A DNA stretch of 64,000 nt from an uncultured Verrucomicrobiae bacterium (GCA_963749035.1 CAVVKW010000004.1:1657966-1721965), one strand, 5' to 3'. Numbered from the stretch's first letter, positions 47,819-55,955 are shown. The notes: generated by a model not told the origin, from the sequence alone. Numbers and translations are program-made.

Positions 47819-47821
47819 GCT

Positions 47822-49927
47822 TTGGCAAACGAGAGGATTCCAGAGCCCGCACCGACCCCGTTACCTGACACCGATAAGCTCGTTGCCGTCATTCCCGCGT
47901 TCAACGAATCCGAAAGCGTCGGTGCCGTCGTTGAAGGTCTCCTCCAGCGAGGAATCACCCACGTTCGCGTGGTCGACAACGCGAGCACCGACGCGACCGC
48001 CCGTGTCGCCCGTGTAGCCGGCGCGGAAGTGATCTCGGAGCCGACGATGGGTTACGGACAGGCCTGTTTCACCGGGTGCCTCGACCTGCCGCCGTCCTGC
48101 GAATGGATCCTGTTTTGCGACGCGGATGGAAGTGACGACCTCGACTCGATTCCTCGTCTTCTGGAACGTTCCGTCGACGCCGACTTCGTCCTCGGCGACC
48201 GACGCGCGACGGCCGAGGGACGTCAGCACATGACACCGGTCCAGAATTTTGGAAACTGGCTGGCCCCCTCTCTTCTCAACCTCCTGTTTGGCGTCCGCTT
48301 TCACGATCTCGGCCCGCTCCGACTCATCCGCCGCTCCGCCTACGAAGCGCTCGACATGAAGGATCGGGGCTTCGGGTGGACCGTCGAAATGCAGGCTCGC
48401 GCGGCGCAACTCGGGGTGCGTTGCACCGAAGTCCCGGTTCCTTATCACGCTCGAAGCGCCGGACGGTCGAAAGTCTCGGGAACGATCAAAGGCTCCGTCC
48501 AAGCTGGCACCATCATTCTCACGACCATCGGGCGCTTTGCTGTCGACGTTTGGCAAAAACCAATCGCCGCGGTCGCCGCCATCCTCCTCATCGCTGGTGC
48601 GCTCCTCATGCTTCCCCACGGCGACTTCCGCGTCCCTGAGGCCACGCCCCGCTTTCTCATCGGCGCCGCCATCATGTCACTCGGGTTTGCCGTTAGCTGG
48701 GCACTGCGGTCGGTCGGCCTATTCGTCTTTTTCGGCGTCGCGATCGCCGCCCGCCTCGTCCTCCTGCCGATGGAACCCGGGGGCGACATTTGGCGCTACG
48801 TCTGGGAAGGCCTCGTGCAGAACGCCGGCGGCAATCCTTACACCCTCCCACCAAACTCCCCGGAGCTCGTTCACCTTCGCCCCGATTGGTGGAGCAAAAT
48901 CAACCACCCCTCGATCACCGCGATCTACCCCCCGTTCACCGAGCTTGTCTTCCGCGTCCTCGCCTTCTTTTCCCCGACCGCCCTCGCTTTCAAGTTCGCC
49001 ATCATCGCCGCGGACCTCGGCATCGTCACGCTCCTCTGGCGCCGATTCGGCAATGCCGCGCTGATCTACGCCTGGAATCCTCTGGTGATCTACATCTGCG
49101 CCGGAGGGGCGCACTTCGATAGTCTGTTTCTCGCTCCACTCGTTGCCGGTTGGCTGCTGTTCGATTCCGCGACCACCGAACGAGGTCGTGTCATTGCCTG
49201 TGCGCTGATCGGCCTGTCCGTTGCCCTGAAATACCTCTCCGCGCCCATCGCCGCCTACGCCATTCTCACGGTCTGGCGCCGGGACGGTTGGCACTCGGCG
49301 TTCCTCGCGGCGACGCTCGCCGGTCTGCCGCTGCTCGGATCCATCGGCTTCTTCTGGGGTGCCTTCGGCATCCACCCACTCAGCCCGGCAGAGTTCAGCC
49401 AGCTCGCCCGCAGTGCCGAGCTGATTCCCCGCCTCGTCGAGGAACATTGGCCGAAGACGATCAAGCAGAACTCGCTGTTCGTCGCGCCTTTTGCGGCCAT
49501 CATTCTCTGGCGGCTCTTCCGAGCACGATCTCTCCGAGCCTTCAGCGAGGAAGCCTTGCTCACGACCTACGTTCTCTCACCCGTCGTCCACGCGTGGTAT
49601 TTCACGTGGTCGCTTCCGTTTGCCGTTGCGTCTCGAAACCTCGGCCTCCGCTTCGTCAGCATTTCCGCGTTCGTTTATTTCATTCTGGAGTATCGCCAGG
49701 CGACGTCCGCTACGGCGTGGCGACAGACTCCGGCTGAAGCGGCGTGGCTGTGGGCTCCGCTTCTTCTGGGATTTGCATGGTCCCGTTGGCGAGAGCGCGC
49801 TGCCAGGCACCGAGCTGATCGACGTCCTCCAACGCCGGTTCCAGCGACCGCAGCGTCAGGCCCGCAGTCAAACACTGCCGCACCGTCTGAAGATGCACCT
49901 TCGGCGTACTCCAATCGATATCGATGA
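47822..49927 (+). CDS. fusion protein: GT2 (Dpm1/polyprenyl-phosphate glycosyltransferase-like) + GT-C-type polytopic domain (DUF2029/PIG-M/PimE-like)
   Basis: 701 aa starting at TTG 47822, 3 nt after the upstream stop. The next in-frame ATG would delete the GT2 core. GT2 motifs are LVAVIPAFNESES and FCDADGSDD (DxD). Then come at least 10 hydrophobic helices with DIWRYVWEG...GGNPYTLPP...TAIYPPFTEL, which is GT-C/DUF2029-like. Confidence 0.78.
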   Translation: MANERIPEPAPTPLPDTDKLVAVIPAFNESESVGAVVEGLLQRGITHVRVVDNASTDATARVARVAGAEVISEPTMGYGQACFTGCLDLPPSCEWILFCDADGSDDLDSIPRLLERSVDADFVLGDRRATAEGRQHMTPVQNFGNWLAPSLLNLLFGVRFHDLGPLRLIRRSAYEALDMKDRGFGWTVEMQARAAQLGVRCTEVPVPYHARSAGRSKVSGTIKGSVQAGTIILTTIGRFAVDVWQKPIAAVAAILLIAGALLMLPHGDFRVPEATPRFLIGAAIMSLGFAVSWALRSVGLFVFFGVAIAARLVLLPMEPGGDIWRYVWEGLVQNAGGNPYTLPPNSPELVHLRPDWWSKINHPSITAIYPPFTELVFRVLAFFSPTALAFKFAIIAADLGIVTLLWRRFGNAALIYAWNPLVIYICAGGAHFDSLFLAPLVAGWLLFDSATTERGRVIACALIGLSVALKYLSAPIAAYAILTVWRRDGWHSAFLAATLAGLPLLGSIGFFWGAFGIHPLSPAEFSQLARSAELIPRLVEEHWPKTIKQNSLFVAPFAAIILWRLFRARSLRAFSEEALLTTYVLSPVVHAWYFTWSLPFAVASRNLGLRFVSISAFVYFILEYRQATSATAWRQTPAEAAWLWAPLLLGFAWSRWRERAARHRADRRPPTPVPATAASGPQSNTAAPSEDAPSAYSNRYR

Positions 49928-50384
49928 AGACCTCCGGGTAATTCGAAGAAAGGCCGATCAACACGTAGCCCCCGTCGACCGCCGGCACCAGACAGACATC
50001 CCGCTCTCTGAGGGACTGCGCGCACTCTTCCAGTAGCTTGATCGAAAGGTAGGGACAATCGCCGCCGATAATCAAAAGCGGACCCGCGTCCCGATCGAAA
50101 TGGTGAGCCGCCGCGTGACGCAGACGCGCTCCGAGATCGCCATCGCACTGCGGGACAAATGCCGGCCTTTCGCCCAAGAAGGATTGCATCCTCGGAAGCG
50201 CCTCCGCCGGCGAATAGTGCACCACGACGTTCCACTTGACTGGAATCTGCGTCAAGACCTGCCGGACGAGCCGCTTGTAGATCGTCGTCGCCGTGTCGTT
50301 CCCGACCTGATTTGCCAGCCGGGTTTTCACGGTGCCTGGAATCGGCGCTTTCAGCAGGAGGGCAACGGTCGGTAACGATGTCAT
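49710..50384 (-). CDS. DUF2064 / TIGR04282-like nucleotidyl- or glycosyl-transferase (CofC/MobA-like fold)
   Basis: 224 aa. It carries VALLLKAPIPGTVKTRLANQVG and VPAVDGGYVLIGLS. Its start forms an ATGA overlap with the upstream DUF4230 stop. Its 3' end overlaps the convergent 47822-49927 gene by 218 nt. Confidence 0.75.
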   Translation of the reverse strand: MTSLPTVALLLKAPIPGTVKTRLANQVGNDTATTIYKRLVRQVLTQIPVKWNVVVHYSPAEALPRMQSFLGERPAFVPQCDGDLGARLRHAAAHHFDRDAGPLLIIGGDCPYLSIKLLEECAQSLRERDVCLVPAVDGGYVLIGLSSNYPEVFIDIDWSTPKVHLQTVRQCLTAGLTLRSLEPALEDVDQLGAWQRALANGTMQIPEEAEPTATPLQPESVATP

Positions 50385-51064
50385 TGTAGCGGCGTGGGTG
50401 CGGGATCAAATGACACCTGCCGTCCCTCACTGGCAAGGATGCTCTCCAGCCGCGCCTCCGCCGAAGCGCGAGCCTGGATCAGAAGATCCGAATCTGCCGC
50501 GTGAAGAACGGCACGATCTCGCAGCGTGTCGATCGCGTTCTCCCGGTCAGCCCTTGTCAGCTGATTGATCCACCCGTCTTCGTCCACCAGAATCCGCACA
50601 TCGACGAGGTCGATCCCGATCACCTCAGCCGGAGGCAGCGTCGCCGCGACGGTGCCAGAATCTGGATCGACTCGAATCACAAACGGCTTCGATAGATCGA
50701 ACCCGGCGCGAATGATGAAGTCCCCCTCCACGACGATCCGCTTCGTACTGCCAAGCCACCGGTGTTCATAGCTGTGAGTTTCCGTCAGCGGACGCTCGAC
50801 CGTCACCAGCTTCGCCACCGTCACGTCCTGCTTCACGATCGTTCGATTATCCACCATCACCGTCGGCTCGAACTGCATCGCATCGCGAATCTCCGCCCCG
50901 ACTTCCTTGGCGATCCCAACCGCTCGCTCCGCCGCCGTCGCGGGAGTCTCGATGACAAACCACCGGACGGTCCATGCCGCCGCGAGAAGGAAAGCGATCA
51001 AACACGCTGTCAGGACGACCGCGAACCGGCTGGCACCACCCTGATTCGTTACCATCACTCGCAT
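50381..51064 (-). CDS. DUF4230-domain membrane-anchored protein
   Basis: From ATG 51064 the protein reads MRVMVTNQGGASRFAVVLTACLIAFLLAAAWTV (N-terminal anchor). Then come GDFIIRAGFDLSKPFVIRVDPDSGTVAATLPPAEVIGIDL, which is DUF4230-like. The tracked start at 51163 is also possible. Confidence 0.7.
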   Translation of the reverse strand: MRVMVTNQGGASRFAVVLTACLIAFLLAAAWTVRWFVIETPATAAERAVGIAKEVGAEIRDAMQFEPTVMVDNRTIVKQDVTVAKLVTVERPLTETHSYEHRWLGSTKRIVVEGDFIIRAGFDLSKPFVIRVDPDSGTVAATLPPAEVIGIDLVDVRILVDEDGWINQLTRADRENAIDTLRDRAVLHAADSDLLIQARASAEARLESILASEGRQVSFDPAPTPLQ

Positions 51065-51232
51065 CGGACCGAAGTTAGCTCGTCCCTGCCTCGGGGCAAT
51101 CGCCCAGTTCTTTACCGCGACAATCACGGGAAACTTTCGCCGCGAGGTTTCGCCGCGAGACACGCGGGTTTACTTCATTGCCAGCCTGACATTTATCTTG
51201 TCGAACCAGATCCCTTCGACTTCCCTGACGTC

Positions 51233-51628
51233 GTGGAAAGCATATCGTTGGCAACAGGAACCGCCGGTGCGGCGGCAGTCGTCGGCTTGTTGTGGTTCGT
51301 TTATAACTACGTCCGGCTGGTGCGGTTCGAGCGGACAACCGGCTCCATCGTGGAATACGTGGCGCAAAAATCCGAAAATGGCCTGACCCTTTGGCGGATG
51401 GTCTTCGAATTCCAGGCCCGAGATCAGAAGCGCTACACGATTAACAGTTCCGCCGCGTTTTTCCCGCGGCCCATCGAACCCGTTGGCTCACCAGTCCAGA
51501 TCAAGTATCCGCCCTCTCGCCCGACGAAAGCGGATCTGTTCGAAGAAAACACGACGTGGTTTCTCCCCATCACGCTCCTCCTCAGCGGGTGCGCCGTCGT
51601 TCTCTATCAGCTCGTTCACACCGTCTGA
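51233..51628 (+). CDS. DUF3592-like small membrane protein (non-ATG start inferred)
   Basis: Only the last third of tracked ORF 50762-51628 is plausible, because the upstream part is antisense to the DUF4230 gene. A GTG at 51233 (or TTG at 51248) gives a TM helix (GTAGAAAVVGLLWFVYNYV), a beta-rich core (TGSIVEYVAQKSENGLTLWRMVFEF..) and a C-terminal TM helix. Confidence 0.5.
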   Translation: MESISLATGTAGAAAVVGLLWFVYNYVRLVRFERTTGSIVEYVAQKSENGLTLWRMVFEFQARDQKRYTINSSAAFFPRPIEPVGSPVQIKYPPSRPTKADLFEENTTWFLPITLLLSGCAVVLYQLVHTV

Positions 51629-51643
51629 CCGGCTCACCACCCC

Positions 51644-53551
51644 TCACCACCCGCTGACCGGCTGCTCAGTCGCCACGTCGCGTCCCGTCAACGCCCCGTC
51701 TGCTTTGACGTGACGGTTCTGAAGAGCCGTTGCCGTAGGTAGGTTGTCGCCCGGGGGCAATCTCGCGAGGGAAGATGGCACCGAAAGCGACTGGTCCGCT
51801 TTCGCAATCAAGCGGTAGAACCGGCGGATCGGGACGATCGCAAACCCCCGCTGCCCGTCGACTTCGTTCAGCAGATTTTTATTCGGACGATCCTCGACGA
51901 CGCGATTGTCTTCGATCCGGACGGGCTCTCGATCCGCGTAGGCCTGAGGGAGGAAATCGAGGCGGTTCGATCCGTAGATCAGCAGACTGCCATCCTGCTT
52001 CTCGAAGGTGATCTCGGCAACTCCCCCCGACGCGAGCAGGACACCGGTGATCTCCGGTCGCGTCGGCTTCCGAACGTTAAACGTCACCGGTTCGCTCCAG
52101 TCTCCCCAAACGCCATCGCGACGGATCCTGGCTCGAAAATAATACTTCTTCCCGGGGTTCAGGAACGTTCGATCCAGCCGGGACGACAGTCGGACCACGG
52201 GTTCGAATTTCCCGACCGTATCAAAATTCGGCGGGACGACCGTGAATCCAAGGTTGTCCGACACCTGCCACCAGACCTTCTCGGCTGGGCCCGAGATCCG
52301 GAACGTGGGAATGTGGTTCTCGAAAATCGCGTCCGCCACGACCGTCGCTGGCTCGACTTCCACCAGCGTCCCGGCCTCCGCATTCAGCGCGAAGCTGACG
52401 CGAAGCTCGCTCTGGCTTTCAAGCGTGTTCGAGCCGGAACGCAAACCCGGAATGGCGCCCCTCGCAGCCTGACAAATCAACGTGGCACGATCGCCATCCG
52501 GCAGATCGATCTGCAAGATCGGCTCCGCGCCCGGTTCGGCAATCTTCACCTCACCGGCAGCTGTCTGAACCGAGAGAATCGGAAACGGTGACCGCAGCGC
52601 CGTCCCCGACTTCCGCCGGGCTGCGAGATCGACCGCGAACTCCCCCACCCGCGTCGCTCCGATCAACGTGGAATCCTGGGCGAGACCTTTCGTTTTCGCC
52701 ACGACCGCCTCCGGCTCGCGACCGGGGAAAAACGTCAACGTCTCAGTGGGCAGCATGGTCCACTCCGTTGGAGCCGGATCTCCCTTCACCCGGAAATTTT
52801 TCTGATCTCTCAAGTCGGCAAACCCAAATCGCGCCGTGTTCAAATAAGCTGCGTCAGACGACCACGTCGCTTGGCGCCCATAGACCTTCGTTCGCAAAAC
52901 CGGGAAGGGGTCGCTCAGAATATCGGCCTCACTGACCGGCGTAACGTTGTCGAGTCCGAGGTAAAACGTGTTTTGGTCGCCATCGATCAGCGTCCAGCCA
53001 TCGGCAAACTTGAACTCACCCGCGGAATGTCCGCTCACGCGGGCAAACCGCATCTCGATCCCAGCCGGCGCCACCAAGCGTCCCAGAGCACGCGCGTCGT
53101 CTCCACAGAAGGTCGCCCCGATGGACCTAAGCACCTCGACTGCATCCCGATTCCCGCGCAAGTCCGTGGTGCCGTGGACTCTCCTGGCCGTCCACGCGTT
53201 GTAAAGCGCCGGAGCGCCCAGTGACTCCTTCGGCAACCCGAGGAACTCGAGTGGATCGTTCATCGTGAGGAACGGCTTCCCATCGACGCGGAGAACGGGA
53301 GACTTGATTGGGGTGTCTCCGACGTTTTCGACCGTGACCCGGGTGACGACTTGGGCGACCGGTCGCTCCGAAAGAAAGTAGCCAGGAGGGTCCGCAAGAT
53401 CCGTGTCGTCCACCTTCAAATCGAGGATCGCTTCGGCCTTCGTCCCCGGTCCGACATCGACAGACAGCACGCTGTCTTGCGCGGCGACCACCGTCGCGGC
53501 GAACAGGACGACGGCAGCCCCACCACGAATGGCGTCCGTCGGAAGCTTCAC
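51644..53551 (-). CDS. secreted 635-aa protein with a transglutaminase-like Cys-His-Asp core and an Fn3-like module
   Basis: The GTG start at 53551 forms a GTGA overlap with the upstream stop. A signal-like N-terminus is present (GGAAVVLFAATVVAAQD). The segment GATFCGDDARALGRLVAPAGIEMRFARVSGHSAGEFKFADGWTLIDGD fits the transglutaminase-core spacing of C, H and D. KKYYFRARIRRDGVWGDWSEPVTFNV is Fn3-like. Confidence 0.65.
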   Translation of the reverse strand: MKLPTDAIRGGAAVVLFAATVVAAQDSVLSVDVGPGTKAEAILDLKVDDTDLADPPGYFLSERPVAQVVTRVTVENVGDTPIKSPVLRVDGKPFLTMNDPLEFLGLPKESLGAPALYNAWTARRVHGTTDLRGNRDAVEVLRSIGATFCGDDARALGRLVAPAGIEMRFARVSGHSAGEFKFADGWTLIDGDQNTFYLGLDNVTPVSEADILSDPFPVLRTKVYGRQATWSSDAAYLNTARFGFADLRDQKNFRVKGDPAPTEWTMLPTETLTFFPGREPEAVVAKTKGLAQDSTLIGATRVGEFAVDLAARRKSGTALRSPFPILSVQTAAGEVKIAEPGAEPILQIDLPDGDRATLICQAARGAIPGLRSGSNTLESQSELRVSFALNAEAGTLVEVEPATVVADAIFENHIPTFRISGPAEKVWWQVSDNLGFTVVPPNFDTVGKFEPVVRLSSRLDRTFLNPGKKYYFRARIRRDGVWGDWSEPVTFNVRKPTRPEITGVLLASGGVAEITFEKQDGSLLIYGSNRLDFLPQAYADREPVRIEDNRVVEDRPNKNLLNEVDGQRGFAIVPIRRFYRLIAKADQSLSVPSSLARLPPGDNLPTATALQNRHVKADGALTGRDVATEQPVSGW

Positions 53552-54687
53552 TGCTGACGGCCGCTGTAAAAGCTGATGGCCGTGACCAGATCAACGGCAC
53601 GCTGTAGGACCGAGTCCCAGTTTTCCTGATGTTTCCGGTTGGCCAGCGCGGGATCGATCTCGGGATTCGTGTTCGCCACGAGCGCCGCTTCGTTGAGGTG
53701 CGGACGCTCGTTCTCGAACACGAATTGGCTCACACCCTGCTCGCGACTAAGCCGAAAAATTTCCGCCTGCCGCTCGGGAGTCAGTGCGGCAAGGATGTCC
53801 GGCTGCAACCCGGCGGGGAAGATTGGACCGACTTCCGGCAGGACAACCTGAGCCACCGCGACCCGAAGAATTTTGCCGTCGCCCAGTGGCACGTCTTCGA
53901 ACTCGACCGCTTCCCCGCTCGTAACGTCGCCGATCACCATCGCCTTCGCGTTGAGCCGAAGCGTCGCCGCCAGCGCCTCCGCGGCCCCAGCGGTGTTGCG
54001 ATCCGTCAAGACCACCAACACGCCGTCAAACGTGGGATCTTGATTAGCAGTCAGGATGCGCTCTTGCTTCACGCTGGGTTTCTGGATCGAAAACAGTAAC
54101 TTGCCCTTCGGCGAAAACCGGCGGGCAAAATCTGCCGCGACGTCGAAATCCTGCGATGGCGGCGTGTCCCGGAGATCGAGGATCAACGCGTTCAGGTTGT
54201 TCGTGGCAAAATTCTCGATCGCAGAATCCATCTGCGCCAACGACTCGCTGTCCAACCCGCCCAGTCGGACGTAGCCGATGCGAGCGTCCAGGATCTCGGC
54301 CAGAAACTCGCCCGGTTCCGCCGTGCGGGCCGCCGCTTCCTCCGTTGTGATAAACGCGCCAGGAGACAATCGGCGCACCAGCCCCTCGAGGGTCGCCCGA
54401 CGGATCGACTTGTCCTCCGTGTCTGATGGATCCAAAAAATCCGACCGCAGTGCCGAGATCGCCTGCTCGGTCTGGGATTCGCTCAAGCCATCCACCATGT
54501 CCCGGAGGGGCGGCGGCGTCGGCACCGGGGTTGGCTCGGGCGTGGGTTCCGGCGTTGGTGTCGGCGTCGCTTCCACGGGCTGCGCCGCTTCCACCGGGAC
54601 GGGCTGCGCCGGCCTCACGTCCTGCGCAACCGCCGCGAGAACGGACGGAAAAAAAATCAGGACCGGGAGAAATTTACGGATTTTCAA
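53548..54687 (-). CDS. secreted S41 (C-terminal processing peptidase) homolog with substituted catalytic Ser and Lys (probable pseudo-peptidase)
   Basis: 379 aa starting at TTG 54687 (TTGA overlap with the purD stop). The signal peptide is MKIRKFLPVLIFFPSVLAAVAQ. A Pro/Thr linker TPTPTPEPTPEPTPVPTPPP follows. The S41 core reads LILDLRDTPP.. and VLVVLTDRNTAGAAEALAATLRLNAKAMVIGDVTSGEAVEF, compared with the canonical ..SASASE..(25 aa)..GKG. Confidence 0.75.
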   Translation of the reverse strand: MKIRKFLPVLIFFPSVLAAVAQDVRPAQPVPVEAAQPVEATPTPTPEPTPEPTPVPTPPPLRDMVDGLSESQTEQAISALRSDFLDPSDTEDKSIRRATLEGLVRRLSPGAFITTEEAAARTAEPGEFLAEILDARIGYVRLGGLDSESLAQMDSAIENFATNNLNALILDLRDTPPSQDFDVAADFARRFSPKGKLLFSIQKPSVKQERILTANQDPTFDGVLVVLTDRNTAGAAEALAATLRLNAKAMVIGDVTSGEAVEFEDVPLGDGKILRVAVAQVVLPEVGPIFPAGLQPDILAALTPERQAEIFRLSREQGVSQFVFENERPHLNEAALVANTNPEIDPALANRKHQENWDSVLQRAVDLVTAISFYSGRQQ

Positions 54688-55946
54688 AGGAATCCAATGT
54701 CGTTGCGGCGATGCACTTTATCAAAGCGAATCTGGTCTGCCGCCGCGTAGGCCGCGTCCCGGGCGTTCGCGAGATCCGTCCCGACGGCCGTAATGCCCAG
54801 GACCCGCCCACCCGCGGTCACGGTCGCTCCGCCCTCCGTCGCGGTCCCCGCGTGAAAAACCACGGCCCCCGCCGATTGGCCCGCTTCGTCCAGACCGAAG
54901 ATCGGTTTTCCCTTCTCGTAAGACCCCGGGTAACCCCCGGAAGCCAGCACGACGCAGACTGCCGTGTCTGCCAGCCAGGTCGGTTGCTGCGCCGCCAACC
55001 CTCCGTCGACGCAAGCCTCCAGCAGGTCGAGCAGATCGCTCTCGAGCCGACGGACTAGAACCTGCGTTTCGGGGTCACCCCAGCGGCAATTGAATTCCAG
55101 AACCTTTGGCCCCGACTCGGTCAACATCAGCCCCGGGAACAGCATTCCGCGAAAATCAATCCCGTCGGCTTTCATGCCAGCCAGGACCCGGTCGAGAATT
55201 TCCTCCCGAATCTGCGTCTCGAGCTCCGTCGAAAGCGCCTGCGATGGCGACACCGTCCCCATCCCTCCCGTGTTCGGCCCGAGTCCGCCGTCGTGCGCCT
55301 GCTTGTGATCTCGGCAGTCGGGCAGGAGAAGGTAGGAATCTCCGTCGAACAAGGCGTGAATCGAGCACTCGGACCCGTTCAAAAACTCTTCGATAACGAT
55401 TCGGCGACCCGCCTCGCCAAACTGCCCGGCGTCCATCGCGCGGTAGATCGCGTGTCCTGCCTCCGACGGAGTCGCCGCGATGACGACTCCCTTCCCCAGC
55501 GCCAAACCATCCGCCTTGACGACCAGCGGGTAGCGAGCCGACCGACAGTGCAGGTGGGCCTCGGAGCTTTCCGTGAATTCCTTCGCTTCCGCGGTCGGGA
55601 TGCCGTGCCGCGTCATGAAATCCTTGGCGAACGCCTTCGACGACTCCAGCCGCGCGGCCGCTGCCGTGGGGCCGAACGCCGGGATTCCCGCCTTAGACAA
55701 CTCGTCGACCATCCCCGCTGCCAACGCGTCATCCGGACCGATCACCACCAGATCAACGCCACGATCTTTCGCCAGCGCCACGATCCCCGCCACGTCTCCG
55801 GCGGAAAGATCGACGTTCTCGCCGATCAGCGCCGTCCCGGCGTTCCCCGGTGCTACCAGGATCTTCGCAACCTGCGGCGACTGTGCCAACTTCCACGCGA
55901 GTGCGTGTTCCCGCCCGCCGGAGCCTACAATGAGAATCGTTTTCAT
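54684..55946 (-). CDS. purD: phosphoribosylamine--glycine ligase
   Basis: From ATG 55946 the protein reads MKTILIVGSGGREHALAWKLAQSP. The ATP-grasp body is present (YPLVVKADGLALGKGV, GPNTGGMG, EFNCRWGDPE). The tracked start at 55955 is a TTG three codons upstream. Confidence 0.93.
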   Translation of the reverse strand: MKTILIVGSGGREHALAWKLAQSPQVAKILVAPGNAGTALIGENVDLSAGDVAGIVALAKDRGVDLVVIGPDDALAAGMVDELSKAGIPAFGPTAAAARLESSKAFAKDFMTRHGIPTAEAKEFTESSEAHLHCRSARYPLVVKADGLALGKGVVIAATPSEAGHAIYRAMDAGQFGEAGRRIVIEEFLNGSECSIHALFDGDSYLLLPDCRDHKQAHDGGLGPNTGGMGTVSPSQALSTELETQIREEILDRVLAGMKADGIDFRGMLFPGLMLTESGPKVLEFNCRWGDPETQVLVRRLESDLLDLLEACVDGGLAAQQPTWLADTAVCVVLASGGYPGSYEKGKPIFGLDEAGQSAGAVVFHAGTATEGGATVTAGGRVLGITAVGTDLANARDAAYAAADQIRFDKVHRRNDIGFL

Positions 55947-55955
55947 CACTCGCAA

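Noticed and set aside
46544-47868. 360-aa minus-strand and 412-aa plus-strand off-frame ORFs inside the flavo-FeS gene
   Set aside because: Both are Arg/Pro/Gly-rich junk, and the annotated frame carries all TM helices and Cys clusters.
47822-50384. Calling the GT2 domain and DUF2064 gene an arsenosugar biosynthesis pair
   Set aside because: The radical-SAM ArsS, ArsM and phosphoesterase genes are absent here. Family membership (TIGR04282/TIGR04283) cannot be verified without HMM scores. I kept this only as a hypothesis to test.
50762-51232. The first two thirds of tracked ORF 50762-51628
   Set aside because: This part is antisense to the DUF4230 gene and has His/Arg/Pro-rich junk composition. 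Only the distal part of about 130 aa has TM-beta-TM, DUF3592-like features.
54510-54580. Short tandemly repetitive DNA (ggc/gtt/ggt-rich) that could look like a microsatellite
   Set aside because: It encodes the in-frame TPTPTPEPTPEPTPVPTPPP linker of the S41-like protein, so it is a protein linker and not an independent repeat element.
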